The position numbers and the translations under genes are program-made. Below, piece by piece: positions 33,888-46,674 of a stretch of 64,000 nucleotides of DNA (positions are counted from its first letter, which is position 1; every line of letters starts with the position of its first letter). The DNA is taken from the NCBI RefSeq assembly GCF_028641065.1, contig NC_073387.1, positions 23,374,001 to 23,438,000 of the forward strand, read 5' to 3'. Under the pieces are notes generated by a model. The model saw only the letters and a list, made by a program, of their open reading frames with translations, searched no databases and was not told the origin of the DNA. The DNA comes from Leucoraja erinacea. Lineage: Eukaryota.

Positions 33888-35524
33888 AGGTGTGGAATTT
33901 AATTTCATCTCTTTCTTTGAATTATTGTGACAATTGGGATTGGATGTTGGGGGTAAATGAAGGGTTGTTGTGTTAGGGGCCTGTCATCCAGGCTTCAGCC
34001 CATTATCGTTCAAAGCATTGGATGGAATAGATCTAAAGGTAAAGGTAGGGGTTTAGTTTACTTTAGTTTACTTTTGTTTAGTTTAGTTCAGTTCAGTTTA
34101 GTTTAGTTTATTGTCAAGTGTCCCGAGATACAGTGAAAAGCTTTTTTGTTGCGTTTTATCCAGTCAGCGAAAAGACTAATGATGATTACAATCAAGCCGT
34201 CCACAGTGTACAGATACAGGATAAAGGGAATCATGTTTAGTGCAAGATAAAGTCCAGTTAAGTCTGGTTAAAGATAGTTCAAAGGTCTCCAATGAGGTAG
34301 ATGGGAGGACAGGACCACTGTCTAGTTGGTGATGGGATGGTTCAGTTGTCTGATAACAGCTGGGAAGAAGCTGTCCCTGAATCTGGAGGTGTGTGTTTTC
34401 ACACTTCTGTACCTCTTGCCCGATAGGAGAGGGGAGAAGAGGGATTGACTGGGGTGTGACTGGTCCTTGATTATGCTGGTGGCCTTGCCGAGGCAGCGTG
34501 AAGTGTAGATGGAGTCAATGGAAGGGAGGTTGGTTTGGGTGATGGTCTGGGCTGCGTCCACAATTCTCTAAATTTTATCGGGATGCATCACAGCACGGCT
34601 TGGGAACAACTCCATCTAAGACCACAAGAAATTTTAAAGAGAAGTTGATGAAGTGCATGGGCTAGTGTTTCTGGAGAGGCAAGAGTCAGAGATTTTGGTT
34701 CAAACTCAATCATTCTCAAGCGCGGAGTGTGACGGAGACGTCACTTTCCGGTCCATGTTCTCCGGAGATGCTGACTGAGTCACTGCGTTACTCCAGCACT
34801 TTGTGTCTTTTTTGTAAACAAGCATCTGCAGTTCCTTATTCCTCCAAGATTCATACGGATATTGCCACGAGATCTTGAGTTAAAGGTGGAGAGGTGGGCA
34901 GACTGGGCACATAAGGAACTGCAGATGCTGGAATCTTGAACAAAAAGCAGAGTGCTGGAGTAACTCAACAGGTCAGGGGGCATCTCTGGAGAACATGGAT
35001 AGGTGACGTTTTGGGTCGGGACCCTTGTTCCCAGTTCCAGTCAATGTGGAAAAGGGTCCTGACCCAAAACGTCACCTATCCATATTCTGCAGAGATGCTG
35101 CCTGACCCGTTGAGATACTCCAGCACCTTTAAGACATTCACAGTTCATGAGCCATTCATTGATGGTGTTGTCTCCTGCCCCATCAAGGGGGAAGGCAATA
35201 TGATCAAAATGGACGTGAGATAAAAACGACACATCGTGTTTCTTTGTTCTCCAATAAAGAAGAACTGAATTACATTTATATAGTGCCTTTTTAAAATGTC
35301 CCAAAGAAATCTACAGCCAATAAGAAACAATACCATTATGCATCGCAAAGCTGATCAGTCATCGAGTCACAGTCGTACAGAACGGAAACAGGCCCTTCAG
35401 CCCAACTTTTCCATGGTGACCAAGATGCCCCATTTACACTACTCCTACCTGCCCACGTTTGGCCCATATTCCTCTAAACCTTTCCTATCCATGTACCTGT
35501 GCAAATGCCTTTTAAATGTTGTTA

Positions 35525-35759
35525 TGCCCCTGTCCCACTTAGGAAACCTGAACGGAAACCTCTGGAGACTTTGTGCCCCACCCAAGGTTTCCGTGCGGTT
35601 CCCAGAGGTTCCCGGAGGTTTTTGTCAGTCTCCCTACCTGCTTCCACTACCTGCAACCTCCGGCAACCACCTGCAACTTCCGGGAACCACACGGAAACCT
35701 TGGGTGGGGCACAAAGTCTCCAGAGGTTTCCGTTCAGGTTTCCTAAGTGAGACCGGGCA
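35525..35759. mobile_element. Palindromic MITE (about 235 bp)
   Basis: About 85-90 bp near-perfect terminal inverted repeats (TGCCCCTGTCCCACTTAGGAAACC... / ...GGTTTCCTAAGTGAGACCGGGCA), flanked by TTA / TAA; inserted in a CR1 3' fragment. Confidence 0.85.
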
Positions 35760-38700
35760 TAACAGTACCTGCCTCAACTACCTCCTGTGGCAGCTCGTTC
35801 CATACACCCACCACCCTCTTCACCTTAAACCTATGTCCTGTGGTTCTTGATTCCCCTACTCTGGGTTAAAGACTCTGTGCATTCACCCTATTTATCCCCC
35901 TCATGATTTTATACACCTCTATAAGATCACCACTTAGTCTCCTGCGCTCCAAGGAATAGTCATAGCCTGCTCAACCTCTCCCTATAGCTCAGGCCCTCGA
36001 GTCCTGAACTTACCAAAACTGAACCCAATGCTCCAAATGTGACCTCAATATTCCAAATACAATGCCCACCAAAATGTTACGATAGCATTATGATAGAAAA
36101 TACAAATGTGTGATGTAAAATGTGTGATCCCCTTAGCCAATATGGTCCTTGTGGCTAAGGGGATCAGGGGGTATGGAGAGAAGGCAGGTACGGGATACTG
36201 AGTTGGATGATCAGCCATGATCATATTGAATGGCGGTGCAGGCTCGAAGGGCCGAATGGCCTACTCCTGCACCTAATTTCTATGTTTCTATGTCTAAAAG
36301 CAAATTAAATGTTGGCCAGCATAGACACTCCCATCTGTATAAGAAATTTTTACTGTTGATCTGACTGGGCATTAATATAAATTTTAGTATAGAGATACAG
36401 CACAGAAACAGGCCTTCAGCCCACCGAGTCCACGCTGACCATCGATCATCCTGTATACTAATTCTATCCATACAACCATATAACCATATAACAATTACAG
36501 CACGGAAACAGGACATCTCAGCCCTACAAGTCCGTGCCGAACAACTTTTTTCCCTTAGACCCACCTGCCTGCACTCATACCATAACCCTCCATTCCCTTC
36601 TCATCCATATGCCTATCCAATTTATTTTTAAATGATACCAACGAACCAGCCTCCACCACTTCCACTGGAAGCTCATTCCACACCGCTACCACTCTCTGAG
36701 TAAAGAAGTTCCCCCTCATGTTAGCCCTAAACTTCTGTCCCTTAATTCTGAAGTCATGTCCTCTTGTTCGAATCTTCCCTATTCTCAAAGGGAAAAGCTG
36801 ATCCACATCAACTCTGTCTATCCCTCTCATCATTTTAAAGACCTCTATCAAGTCCCCCCTTAACCTTCTGCGCTCCAGAGAATAAAGACCTAACTTATTC
36901 AACCTTTCTCTGTAACTTAGTTGTTGAAACCCAGGCAACATTCTAGTAAAACTCCTCTGTACTCTCTCTATTTTGTTGACATCCTTCCTATAAATTGGGC
37001 GACCAAAATTGTTCACCATACTCCAGATTTGGTCTCACCAATGCCTTGTACAATTTTAACAGTACATCCCAGCTTCTATACTCAATGCTCTGATTTATAA
37101 AGGCTAGCATACCAAAAGCTTTCTTTACCACCCTATCTATATGAGATTCCACATTCAAGGAACTATGCACGGTTATTCCCAGATCCCTCTGGTCAACTGT
37201 ATTCTTCAAATCCCTACCATTTACCATGTACGTCCTATTTTGATTTGTCCTGCCAAGGTGTAGCACCTCACATTTATCAGCATTAAACTCCATCTGCCAT
37301 CTTTCAGCCCATTTTTCCAAATGGCCTAAATCACTCTGTAGACTTTGGAAATCCTCTTCATTATCCACAACACCCCCCTATCTTGGTATCATCTGCATAC
37401 TTACTAATCCAATTTACACACTTTCATCCAGATCATTGATGTACATGACAAACAACAAAGGACCCAACACAGATCCCTGAGGCACCCCACTAGTCACCTG
37501 CGTCCAACCCGACAAACAACCATCCACCATTACCCTCTGGCTTCTCCCATTCAGCCACTGTTGAATCCATTTTGCTACTCCTGCATTTATACCCAACAGT
37601 TGAACCTTCTTAACCAACCTTCCATGAGGAACCTTGTCAAAGGCCTTACTAAAGTCCATATAGACAACATCCACTGCTTTACCCTCGTCAATTTCCCTAG
37701 TAACCTCTTCAAAAAATTCAAGAAAATTAGTCAAACATGACCTTCCAGGCACAAATCCATGCTGACTGTTCCTAATCAGACCCTGTTTATCCAGATGCTT
37801 ATATATATTATCTCTAAGTATCTTTTCCATTAATTCAGTGCCCACCACTGAAGTCAAACTAACAGGCCTATAATTGCTAGGTTTACTCTTAGAACCCTTT
37901 TTAAACAATGGAACAACATGCGCAGTACGCCAATCCTCGGGGACTATTCCCATTTCTAATGACATTTGAAATATTTCTGTCATAGCCCCGGCTATTTCTA
38001 CACTAACTTCCCTCAATGTCCTAGGGAATATCCTGTCAGGACCTGGAGACTTATCCACTTTTATATTTTTCAAAAGTGTCAGTACTTCTTTTACTTTGAA
38101 ACTCATAGTATCCATAGCTACTCTACTAGTTTCCATTACCTCACATAATTCAATATCCTTCTCCTTGGTGAATACCGATGAAAAGAAATTGTTCAATATC
38201 TCCCCCCATCTCTTTTGGCTCTGCAGATAGCTGTCCACTCTGTCTCTCCAATGGACCAATTTTATCCCTCGTTATCCTTTTGCTATTAATATAGCTGTAG
38301 AAACCCTTTGTATTTACTTTCACCTTACTTGCCAAAGCAACCTCATGTCTTCTTTTAGCTTTTCTAATTTCTTTCTTAAGATTATTTTTACATTCCTTAT
38401 ACTCCTCAAGCACCTCATTTACTTCATGCTGCCTATAATTATTGTAGATCTCCCTCTTTTTCCGAACAAGGTGTCCAATTTCCCTTGAAAACCAGGCGTC
38501 TTTCCACTTTTTACTGTTTCCTTTCAACCTAACAGGAATATAAAGATTCTGTACTCTTAATATTTCCCCTTTAAATGTCCTCCATTTCTCTTCTACATCC
38601 TTCCCATAAAACAAAATGTCCCAGTTCACTCCTTTTAAATCATTTCGCATCTCAACAAAGTTAGCCTTTCTCCAATCAAAAATCTCAACCCTAGGTCCAG

Positions 38701-39283
38701 TTCTGACCCTCTCCATAATTATATTGAAACTAATGGTATTGTGATCACTGGACCCGAAGTGGTCCCCAACGCATACCTCCGCCACCTGTCCCATCTCATT
38801 TCCTAACAGGTCCAACACTGCCCCTCCTCTAGTAGGTACCTCTATGTATTGCTACAAAAAACTATCCTGCACACATTTTACAAACTCCAAACCATCCAGC
38901 CAATTACCGAATGTGTTTCCCAGTCTATGTGTGGAAAGTTGAAATTTCCCACAATCACTACTTTGTGCTTACTACTAATATCTGCTATCTCCTTACATAT
39001 TTGCTCTTCCAATTCTCGATCCCCATTTGGCGGTATATAATACACCCCTATAAGTGTTGCTACCCCTTTCCCACTTCTTAGTTCCACCCAAATAGCCTCC
39101 CTAGATGAGCCCTCCAATCTATCCTGCCAAAGCACTGCTGTAATATCTTCCCTGACTAGTAATGCAACACCTCCACCTCTTACCCCTCCAATTCTATCAC
39201 ACCTGAAGCAACGAAATCCTGGAATATTTAGTTTCCAATCACAGCCCTCCTGCAACCATGTTTCACTGATCACCACAACATCA

Positions 39284-42200
39284 TAGAAACATAGAAACAT
39301 AGAAACATAGAAAATAGGTGCAAGAGTAGGCTATTCGGCCCTTCGAGCCTGCACCGCCATTCAATATGATCATGGCTGATCATCCAACTCAGTATCCTGT
39401 ACCTGCCTTCTCTCCATACCCCCTGATCCCTTTAGCCACAAGGGCCACATCTAACTCCCTCTTAAATATAGCCAATGAACTGGCCTCAACTACCCTCTGT
39501 GGCAGAGAGTTCCAGAGATTCTCCACTCTCTGTGTGAAAAAAGTTCTCCTCATCTCGGTTTTAAAGGATTTCCCCTTTATCCTTAAGCTGTGACCCGTTG
39601 TCCTGGACTTCCCCAACATCGGGAACAAAATCTTCCTGCATCTAGCCTGTCCAACCCCTTAAGAATTTTGTAAGTTTCTATAAGATCCCCTCTCAATCTC
39701 CTAAATTCTAGAGAGTATAAACCAAGTCTATCCAGTCTTTCTTCATAAGACAGTCCTGATATCCCAGGAATCAGTCTGGTGTACCTCCTCTGCACTCCCT
39801 CTATGGTAATAATGTCCTTCCTCAGATTTGGAGACCAAAACTGTACGCGATACTCCAGGTGTGGTCTCACTAAGAACCTGTACAACTGCAGTAGAACCTC
39901 CCTGCTCCTATACTCAAATCCTTTTGCAATGAAAGCTAACATACCATTTGCTTTCTTTACTGCCTGCTGTACCTTCAATGACTGGTGTACCATGACACCC
40001 AGGTCTCGCTGCATCTCCCCCTTTCCCAATCGGCCACCATTTAGATAATAGTCTGCTTTCCCGTTTTTGCCACCAAAATGGATAACCTCACATTTATCCA
40101 CATTATACTGCATCTGCCAAACATTTGCCCACTCACCCAGCCTATCCAAGTCACCTTGCAGTCTCCTAGCATCCTCCTCACAGCTAACACTGCCCCGCAA
40201 ACTTGGAGATATTGCCTTCAATTCCTTCATCCAGATCATTAATATATATTGTAAATAGCTGGGGTCCCAGCACTGAGCCTTGCGGTACCCCACTAGTCAC
40301 TGCCTGCCACTGTGAAAAGGACCCGTTTACTCCTACTCTTTGCTTCCTGTTTGCCAGCCAGTTCTCTATCCACATCAATACTGAACCCCCAATGCCATGT
40401 GCTTTAAGTTTGTATACTAATCTCTTATGTGGGATATATTCCTCAGGAACTACTCCAGAATCTAAAGAGTTTTGAAAAATTATTACTAATGCATCCACTA
40501 TTTCTGGAGCTACTTCCTTAAGTACTCTGGGATGCAGCCTATCTGGCCCTGGGGATTTATCAGCCTTTAATCCATTCAATTTACCCAACACTACTTCACG
40601 GCTAACCTGGATTTCACTCATCTCCTCCAACTCCTTTGACCCGCGGTCCCCTGCTATTTCCGGCAAATTATTTATGTCTTCCTTAGTGAATACGGAACCA
40701 AAGTAGTTATTCAATTGGTCCGCCATATCCTTGTTCCCCATGATCAACTCACCTGTTTCTGACTGCAAGGGACCTACATTTGTTTTAACTAATCTCTTTC
40801 TTTTCACATATCTATAAAAACTTTTGCAGTCAGTTTTTATGTTCCCTGCCAGTTTTCTTTCATAATCTACTTTTCCTTTCCTAATTAAGCCCTTTGTCCT
40901 CCTCTGCTGGTCTCTGAATTTCTCCCAGTCCTCCGGTGTGCTGCTTTTTCTGGCTAATTTGTACGCATCATCCTTCGCTTTGATACTATCCCTGATTTCC
41001 CTTGTTATCCACGGATGTACTACCTTCCCTGATTTATTCTTTTGCCAAACTGGGATGAACAATTTTTGTAGTTCATCCATGCAGTCTTTAAATGTCTTCC
41101 ATTGCATATCCACCGTCAAATCTCTTAGAATTAATTGCCAGTCAATCTTGGCCAATTCACGTCTCATACCCTCAAAGTTACCTTTCTTTAAGTTCAGAAC
41201 CATTGTTTCTGAATTAACAATGTCACTCTCCATCCTAATGAAGAATTCAACCATATTATGGTCACTCTTGCCCAAGGGGGCACGTACAACAAGATTGCTA
41301 ACTAACCCTTCCTCATTACTCAATACCCAGTCTAAAATAGCCTGCTCTCTCGTTGGTTCCTCTACATGTTGATTTAGATAACTATCCCGCATACATTCCA
41401 CGAAATCCTCTTCCTCAGCACCCCTGCCAATTTGATTCACCCAATCTATATGTAGATTGAAGTCACCCATTATAACTGTTTTGCCTTTGCCGCACACATT
41501 TCTAATTTCCTGTTTGATACCATCTCCAACTTCACTACTACTGTTAGGTGGCCTGTACACAACACCCACCAGCGTTTTCTGCCCCTTAGTGTTTTGCGCA
41601 GCTCATACCGATTCCACATCCTCCTAACTAATGTCCTTCCTTTCCATTGCACTAATCTCCTCTCTAATCCGTAACGGTACCCCACCTCCTTTTCCTTTCA
41701 GTCTATCCCTCCTGAATATTGAATATCCCTGGATGTTCAGCTCCCAGCCTCGGTCACCCTGGAGCCATGTCTCCGTGATCCCAACTATATCATAGTCATT
41801 AATAGCTATCTGCACATTCAACTCATCCACCTTATTACGAATGCTCCTTGCATTGAGACACAAAGCCTTCAGGCTTGTTTTTACAACACTCTTACCCCTT
41901 ATACAATTATGTTGAAAAGTGTCCCTTTTTGATTTTTGCCCTGGTTTTGTCTGCCTGCCACTTTTACTTTTCACCTTGCTACCTATTGCTTCTACCCTCA
42001 TTTTACATCCCTCGGTCTCTACGCTCACACATTTAAGAAACCCTTTCCCTTTAACTCCATCATCCACTATCCCATTCGACACCCCACCCCCCTTATTCAG
42101 TTTAAAGCCACCCGTGTAGCAGTGGCAAACCTGCCTGCCAGAATGCTGGTCCCACACCTGTTAAGATGCAATCCGTCCCTTTTGTACAGTTCCCCCTTAC

Positions 42201-43017
42201 CCCAAAACAGATCCCAGTGATCTAAGAATCTAAATCCCTGCCCCGTGCACCAGTTCCTCAGCCACATGTTCAGATCCCGTATCTCCCTGATCCTGCTCTC
42301 GCCAGCACGAGGAACTGGAAGCAAACCGGAGATAACAACCCTGGAGGTCCTGTTTTTCAACATTTTTCCGAGCTCTCTAAAGTCACGCTGCATAATATTC
42401 ATCCCCTTCTGTCCGACATCGTTTGTGCCGACATGCACTACCACTTCCGGATGTTCACCTTCGCCCTTGAGGATTTTCTGCACTCTGTCCGTGACATCCT
42501 GGATCCTGGCACCGGGAAGGCAACACACCATCCTCGCATCCCGTCTGTTGCCGCAGAAACCCCTGTCCGTACCTCTCACAATGGAGTCTCCCACTACAAT
42601 GGCCTTGCCTGCCTTAGGCCTTTTTGGTTTTGGCTCAACAGCCCTATTCGCATCACAGGCCAGTCCGCCGCTCACGTCTTCTGTCCCAACAGCTTCTAAG
42701 CGGATGAACCTGTTTACAAGAGGTACACCACCCGGGGACGTTGGCATTCCATGCTTCCCTCCCTTTCTCACTGTCTCCCACCTTCTCTCTTCCAGTACCT
42801 TAGGTGTAACAATGGTACTGTAGGACTTGTCGAGGAACGACTCCGTTTCTCGTACGAACCGGAGGTCATCCACTTGCTTCTCCAGTTCCCCAACACGGCC
42901 CTTCAGGAGCTCCACCTGGATGCACTTTTCGCATTTGTAGCAGCCAGAGGCACCAGCGGTGTCCTTGACCTCCCACATACTGCAAGCATCGCACTGAATC
43001 AGCTTGCCTGACATCTC
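39284..43017 (-). mobile_element. CR1 LINE (family B) nested in family A
   Basis: ORF1 42097-43020; APE/RT ORFs 39583-42157 with internal RT deletions; (catagaaa)n tail; 'cata' duplicated at both junctions. Confidence 0.93.
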
Positions 43018-43020
43018 CAT
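42097..43020 (-). CDS. CR1 ORF1p (CxxC zinc finger, coiled coil, SGNH esterase-like domain), open
   Basis: CDAC...CEKC; VGDSIVR; PGA; HVGTND; DGLHLN. Confidence 0.88.
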   Translation of the reverse strand: MEMSGKLIQCDACSMWEVKDTAGASGCYKCEKCIQVELLKGRVGELEKQVDDLRFVRETESFLDKSYSTIVTPKVLEERRWETVRKGGKHGMPTSPGGVPLVNRFIRLEAVGTEDVSGGLACDANRAVEPKPKRPKAGKAIVVGDSIVRGTDRGFCGNRRDARMVCCLPGARIQDVTDRVQKILKGEGEHPEVVVHVGTNDVGQKGMNIMQRDFRELGKMLKNRTSRVVISGLLPVPRAGESRIREIRDLNMWLRNWCTGQGFRFLDHWDLFWGKGELYKRDGLHLNRCGTSILAGRFATATRVALN

Positions 43021-43236
43021 ACTTCCAGGTGTCTATCCAGACTCTAAGCTCATCCATCTTTCTTACAATGCTCCTAGCATTAAAATATGCACATTTAAGA
43101 AACCCCTCGCCTCTTATTCTCTCTTTATTACCTTTTTTTTCTTTCTCCTCTTGTGTCCGAGTGCTTCCCATTTCTGCTTCCTGCCTCCCATTCTGTCTAC
43201 TAGCTTTCTCTATTTGAGTCCCTCGCCCCAACCATT

Positions 43237-44175
43237 CTATTTTAAAGTCTCCCCAGTAGCCTTTGCAAATTTCCCCGCCAGGATATTGGTCCCCCTCGGG
43301 TTCAAGTGCAACCCATCCTTTCTGTTCAGGTCCCACCTTCCCCAAAAGAGGTCCCAATGATCCAGGAACTTGAATCCCTGCCCTCTGCACCAGTCTTTCA
43401 GCCAAGCATTTATCCTCCACCTCGCTCCATTCCTACTCTCACTGTCGCATGGTACAGGCAGTAATCCTGAGATTGTTACCTTTTTGGTCCTTTTCCTTAA
43501 CTCTCCTCCCAACTCCCTAAATCCTCCCTTCAGGACCTCTTCCCTTTTTTTTTTACCTATGTCATTGGTACCTATATGTACCACGACCTCGGGCTCCTCT
43601 CCCTCTGATTTCAGGACATCTTGGACGCGTTGAGACACGTCCGAGACCTTGGCACCAGGGAGGCAGACCACCATCCTGGTGTCCCGACTGCGTCCACAGA
43701 ATCGCCTATCCGACCCCCTAACAATAGAGTCCCCAATTACTAATGCCCTCTTCTTTTTGTCCCTATCTTCAGGAGCAACAGGGCCGGTCTCTGTGCTGGA
43801 GGCCAGTCCGCTCTCGCTACCCCCGGGCAGGCTGTCACCCCCATCCGTACTCAAACAGGAGTACTTATTTACAAGGTGTACCGACATTGGAGTACTCACT
43901 CGTTCCTGCCTCTGCCCCTTGCCCTTCCTTAGCGTGACCCACATGTCTCTCTCCCGTGGTTTTGGAGTGACCACCTCCCTATAACTCCCCTCTATGACCT
44001 CCTCACTCTCCCTGACCAGACAGAGGTCATCGAGATGCTGCTCCAGGATCCTAATACGGTCCCTTAGGAGCCCCATCTCGCTGCACCTGGTGCAGATGTG
44101 GACGTCTGGAGGGCCATCCGACACCATGACCTCCCACATCTGACATCCCGAACAGTACACTGCTCTGGCTGTCAT
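43237..44175 (-). CDS. CR1 ORF1p (CxxC zinc finger, coiled coil, SGNH esterase-like domain), open
   Basis: CSGC...CTRC; IGDSIVR; PGA; HIGTND; DGLHLN. Confidence 0.88.
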   Translation of the reverse strand: MTARAVYCSGCQMWEVMVSDGPPDVHICTRCSEMGLLRDRIRILEQHLDDLCLVRESEEVIEGSYREVVTPKPRERDMWVTLRKGKGQRQERVSTPMSVHLVNKYSCLSTDGGDSLPGGSESGLASSTETGPVAPEDRDKKKRALVIGDSIVRGSDRRFCGRSRDTRMVVCLPGAKVSDVSQRVQDVLKSEGEEPEVVVHIGTNDIGKKKREEVLKGGFRELGGELRKRTKKVTISGLLPVPCDSESRNGARWRINAWLKDWCRGQGFKFLDHWDLFWGRWDLNRKDGLHLNPRGTNILAGKFAKATGETLK

Positions 44176-44481
44176 TCTCCCGCCTTACCCTGGATCCGAT
44201 ACAAGTATAATACAATAGAAACTGCTGGGAGAAATCAGCAGGTATCTGACTCACAACAGCTGCTCCCTCTTGACCTTTAAACTGCACCTTAATTATATAA
44301 ACAAAAAGCACTGTACCCTTAACTCCCTGTACCCTTAACTCACTGTAACTTTAACCAGAAAGCAGAAATGCTAACCTGAGGTTGCACCCAATCAGCTGCT
44401 TCCTCTAGTCTGCTTCCACCAATCAGCGGCTTCCACCAGAACCCTCCCTATGAAGTGTGGAACGTTACAGACTTTGGTAAA

Positions 44482-44680
44482 CCCTGACCCTCCTCCACTC
44501 GCTCCAACGGTCCCGGGCCTCTGCAAAAGCAAGCCCCGCGCTCGATTTATATACTCACCGCCCTGACCCTCCTCCACTCGCTCCAACAGTCCCGGGCCTC
44601 TGTAAAAGCAAGCCCCGCACTCGATTTATATACTCACCGCCCTGACCCTCCTCCACTCGCTCCAACGATCCCGGGCCTCT
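44482..44680 (-). repeat. 79-bp tandem repeat x2.5 at the CR1 5' end
   Basis: Units begin ccctgaccctcc at 44482, 44561 and 44640. Confidence 0.9.
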
Positions 44681-45705
44681 ATCCCACACACTAAGGACAA
44701 TTTACGGACGTCAATTAACCTACAAACCTTCACGCCTTTGGAGTGTGACAGGAAATTTGAGGACCCAGAGAAAACTCACGAGGTCACAGAGAGAACGTAG
44801 AAACTCCACACAGACAGCACCTGTGGTCAGGATCGATGCTGGGTCACTAGAGTTGTGAGGCAACTGCTCTACAGCTGTGCCACTGTGCCATTCTCACATC
44901 TGGTAACATCTGACCATGAAGGCCGGTGACAGTGAGTGCGGCATTACCTCCATCGTGCCGAGGGAGTCCCGGTTTGGGCTTTACGCTGGTGTCTCTGGAC
45001 TTGAAACCATCGACCTTCAGACTCGAGAGGGGAGGGCGAGATATTTTGTTGCCTAATGAACTAAAGGTGGGATTATATGTGTCTTCAAGTGTCATGTGTT
45101 CTGATAATGCATCAATGAAAATGACAATTTCAAATTTCAATGAAAATCAATGAAAATTAATGAAGGCCGAACTATGATACCAACACCAACTCATATCTGC
45201 CGGCACTTAATCCATATCCCTCCATTCCCTGCATATCCATATGCATATCTAAAAGCCTCTTAAACACCACTATTGTATCTGCCTCCACCACCACCCCTAG
45301 TAGCGTGTTCCAGGCACCCACCACCCTCTGTGTAAAAAACTTGCCCGGCACATCTCCTTCAAACTTTGCCCCTCTCACCTTATGGCCATGTGCGGTGATA
45401 GAGTCTGCTTTATTCTGCCTCACTTTGAATGAATGAATGATGATACTTTATTGTCATATTGCAGATATGATACTTTGATGAGGATAGTGGGTGGATAAAT
45501 TATATTGTATATAAAAAAAACAAAGTGCAGGATGAACTGAGTGGGTCAGGCAGCATCAGTGGAGAAATGGACAGGTGACGTTTTGGGTCGGGACCCTTCT
45601 TTGACTGATAGAGTTGGGGGGAGAAAACTTAGCAAAGAGTAGATAGACACAAAAAGCTAGAGTAACTCAATGGGGCAGGCAGCATCTCTGGAGAGAAGGA
45701 ATGAT

Positions 45706-45734
45706 TGACGTTTCGGGTCGAGACCCTTCTTCAG
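45706..45734 (-). ncRNA. Minimal hammerhead-ribozyme-like core in a Penelope-derived repeat (representative; also 2768-2798 +, 13753-13783 -, 26403-26433 +, 60083-60113 +, 61808-61837 -)
   Basis: CTGAAGA-A-GGGT(CTCG)ACCC-GAAAC-GTC = CUGANGA / stem II / GAAA / palindromic ACGT / GUC cleavage triplet. Stem I is short or weak. Confidence 0.6.
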
Positions 45735-46674
45735 ACTGGGTCTTCAGTTTTAACCAGCATCTGCAGTTCCTGCCTACACAAGTAAGAAAAGAGGTTCCCT
45801 CCCTCTGGCTTTACATTTTATTCCTTTTTGAAACCTCTTTGCACCTTACGAAGACCAGCATTATTAGGGTGGCACAGTAGCGGAGCCAGAGACACGGGTT
45901 CGATTCTGACCTTGGGTGCTGTCTGTCTGTGTGGAGTTTGCATGTTTTCCCTGTGACCGCATGAGTTTCCTCCAGGTGCTCCGGTTTCCTCCCACACCCC
46001 AAAGACCTGCGGGTTTGTAGGTTCATAGGCCCTCTGTAAATTACCCCCAGTGTGTAGGAAATGAATGAGAAAATGGTATAACACAGAACTAGTGTTAACG
46101 GGTGATCTATTCTCTGCGCAGACTCGGTGGGCTGAAGGGCCTGTTTCCATGCAGTGTCTCTAAACTAAAGTAAACTAAACTCAACTAAACTAAACTAAAG
46201 TAAACTAAACCAAACTAAAACTGAAGGAACTACAAATACTGGTTTATAAAAACATAAAGTGCGGGTCAGGCAGCATCTCTAGGGAACATGGATAGGTGAC
46301 ATCTTGGGTTGGGACCCTTCTTCAGATTGATTGTAGTGGGGTGCAGGAGGTGCGGGGGGGGAGAGAAAGCTAGAAGAGAGGTTGGGCAGGACAAAGCTTG
46401 ACAAGTGATAGGTGGTTACAGGTGAGGGGTGGAGGGTTGTTAGGCAGATGGATGGTCAGATGCCAAAGATGGGAGGAAAACCAAAGGGTGTGAGATAGAG
46501 ACAAAGGGAATGAAATTTATGGGCTAGAGATATAGGCGGAATGGGGGTGGGGGGGGAAATGGAGCAGGATAGTTAGAGAATTGGACTAGGGGTGGGGAAC
46601 AGAAAAGAGGGGGGGGGGTGACAAAGTGGGGGGGGGGGGGGGGGGGTTACCTAAAATTGGCAAATTCAATAAGA

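Larger units (their letters stand above)
36470..44680 (-). mobile_element. Near full-length CR1 LINE (family A), interrupted by a second CR1 at 39284-43017
   Basis: 5' tandem repeats; ORF1 43237-44175; ORF2 pieces 43020-43200 and 36555-39283 (frameshifted); (accatata)n tail. The peptide WIDTWKY|YDVVVISETW is continuous across the insertion. Confidence 0.93.

Noticed and set aside
35145-35250. Possible terminal exon of a minus-strand gene
   Set aside because: Weak GAG acceptor, no recognisable peptide, no support.
42245-43984. Plus-strand ORFs of 87-192 aa
   Set aside because: Antisense shadows of CR1 ORF1s.
44482-44680. CRISPR-like repeat array (also 32557-32636)
   Set aside because: Head-to-tail tandem repeats with no unique spacers, in eukaryotic DNA.
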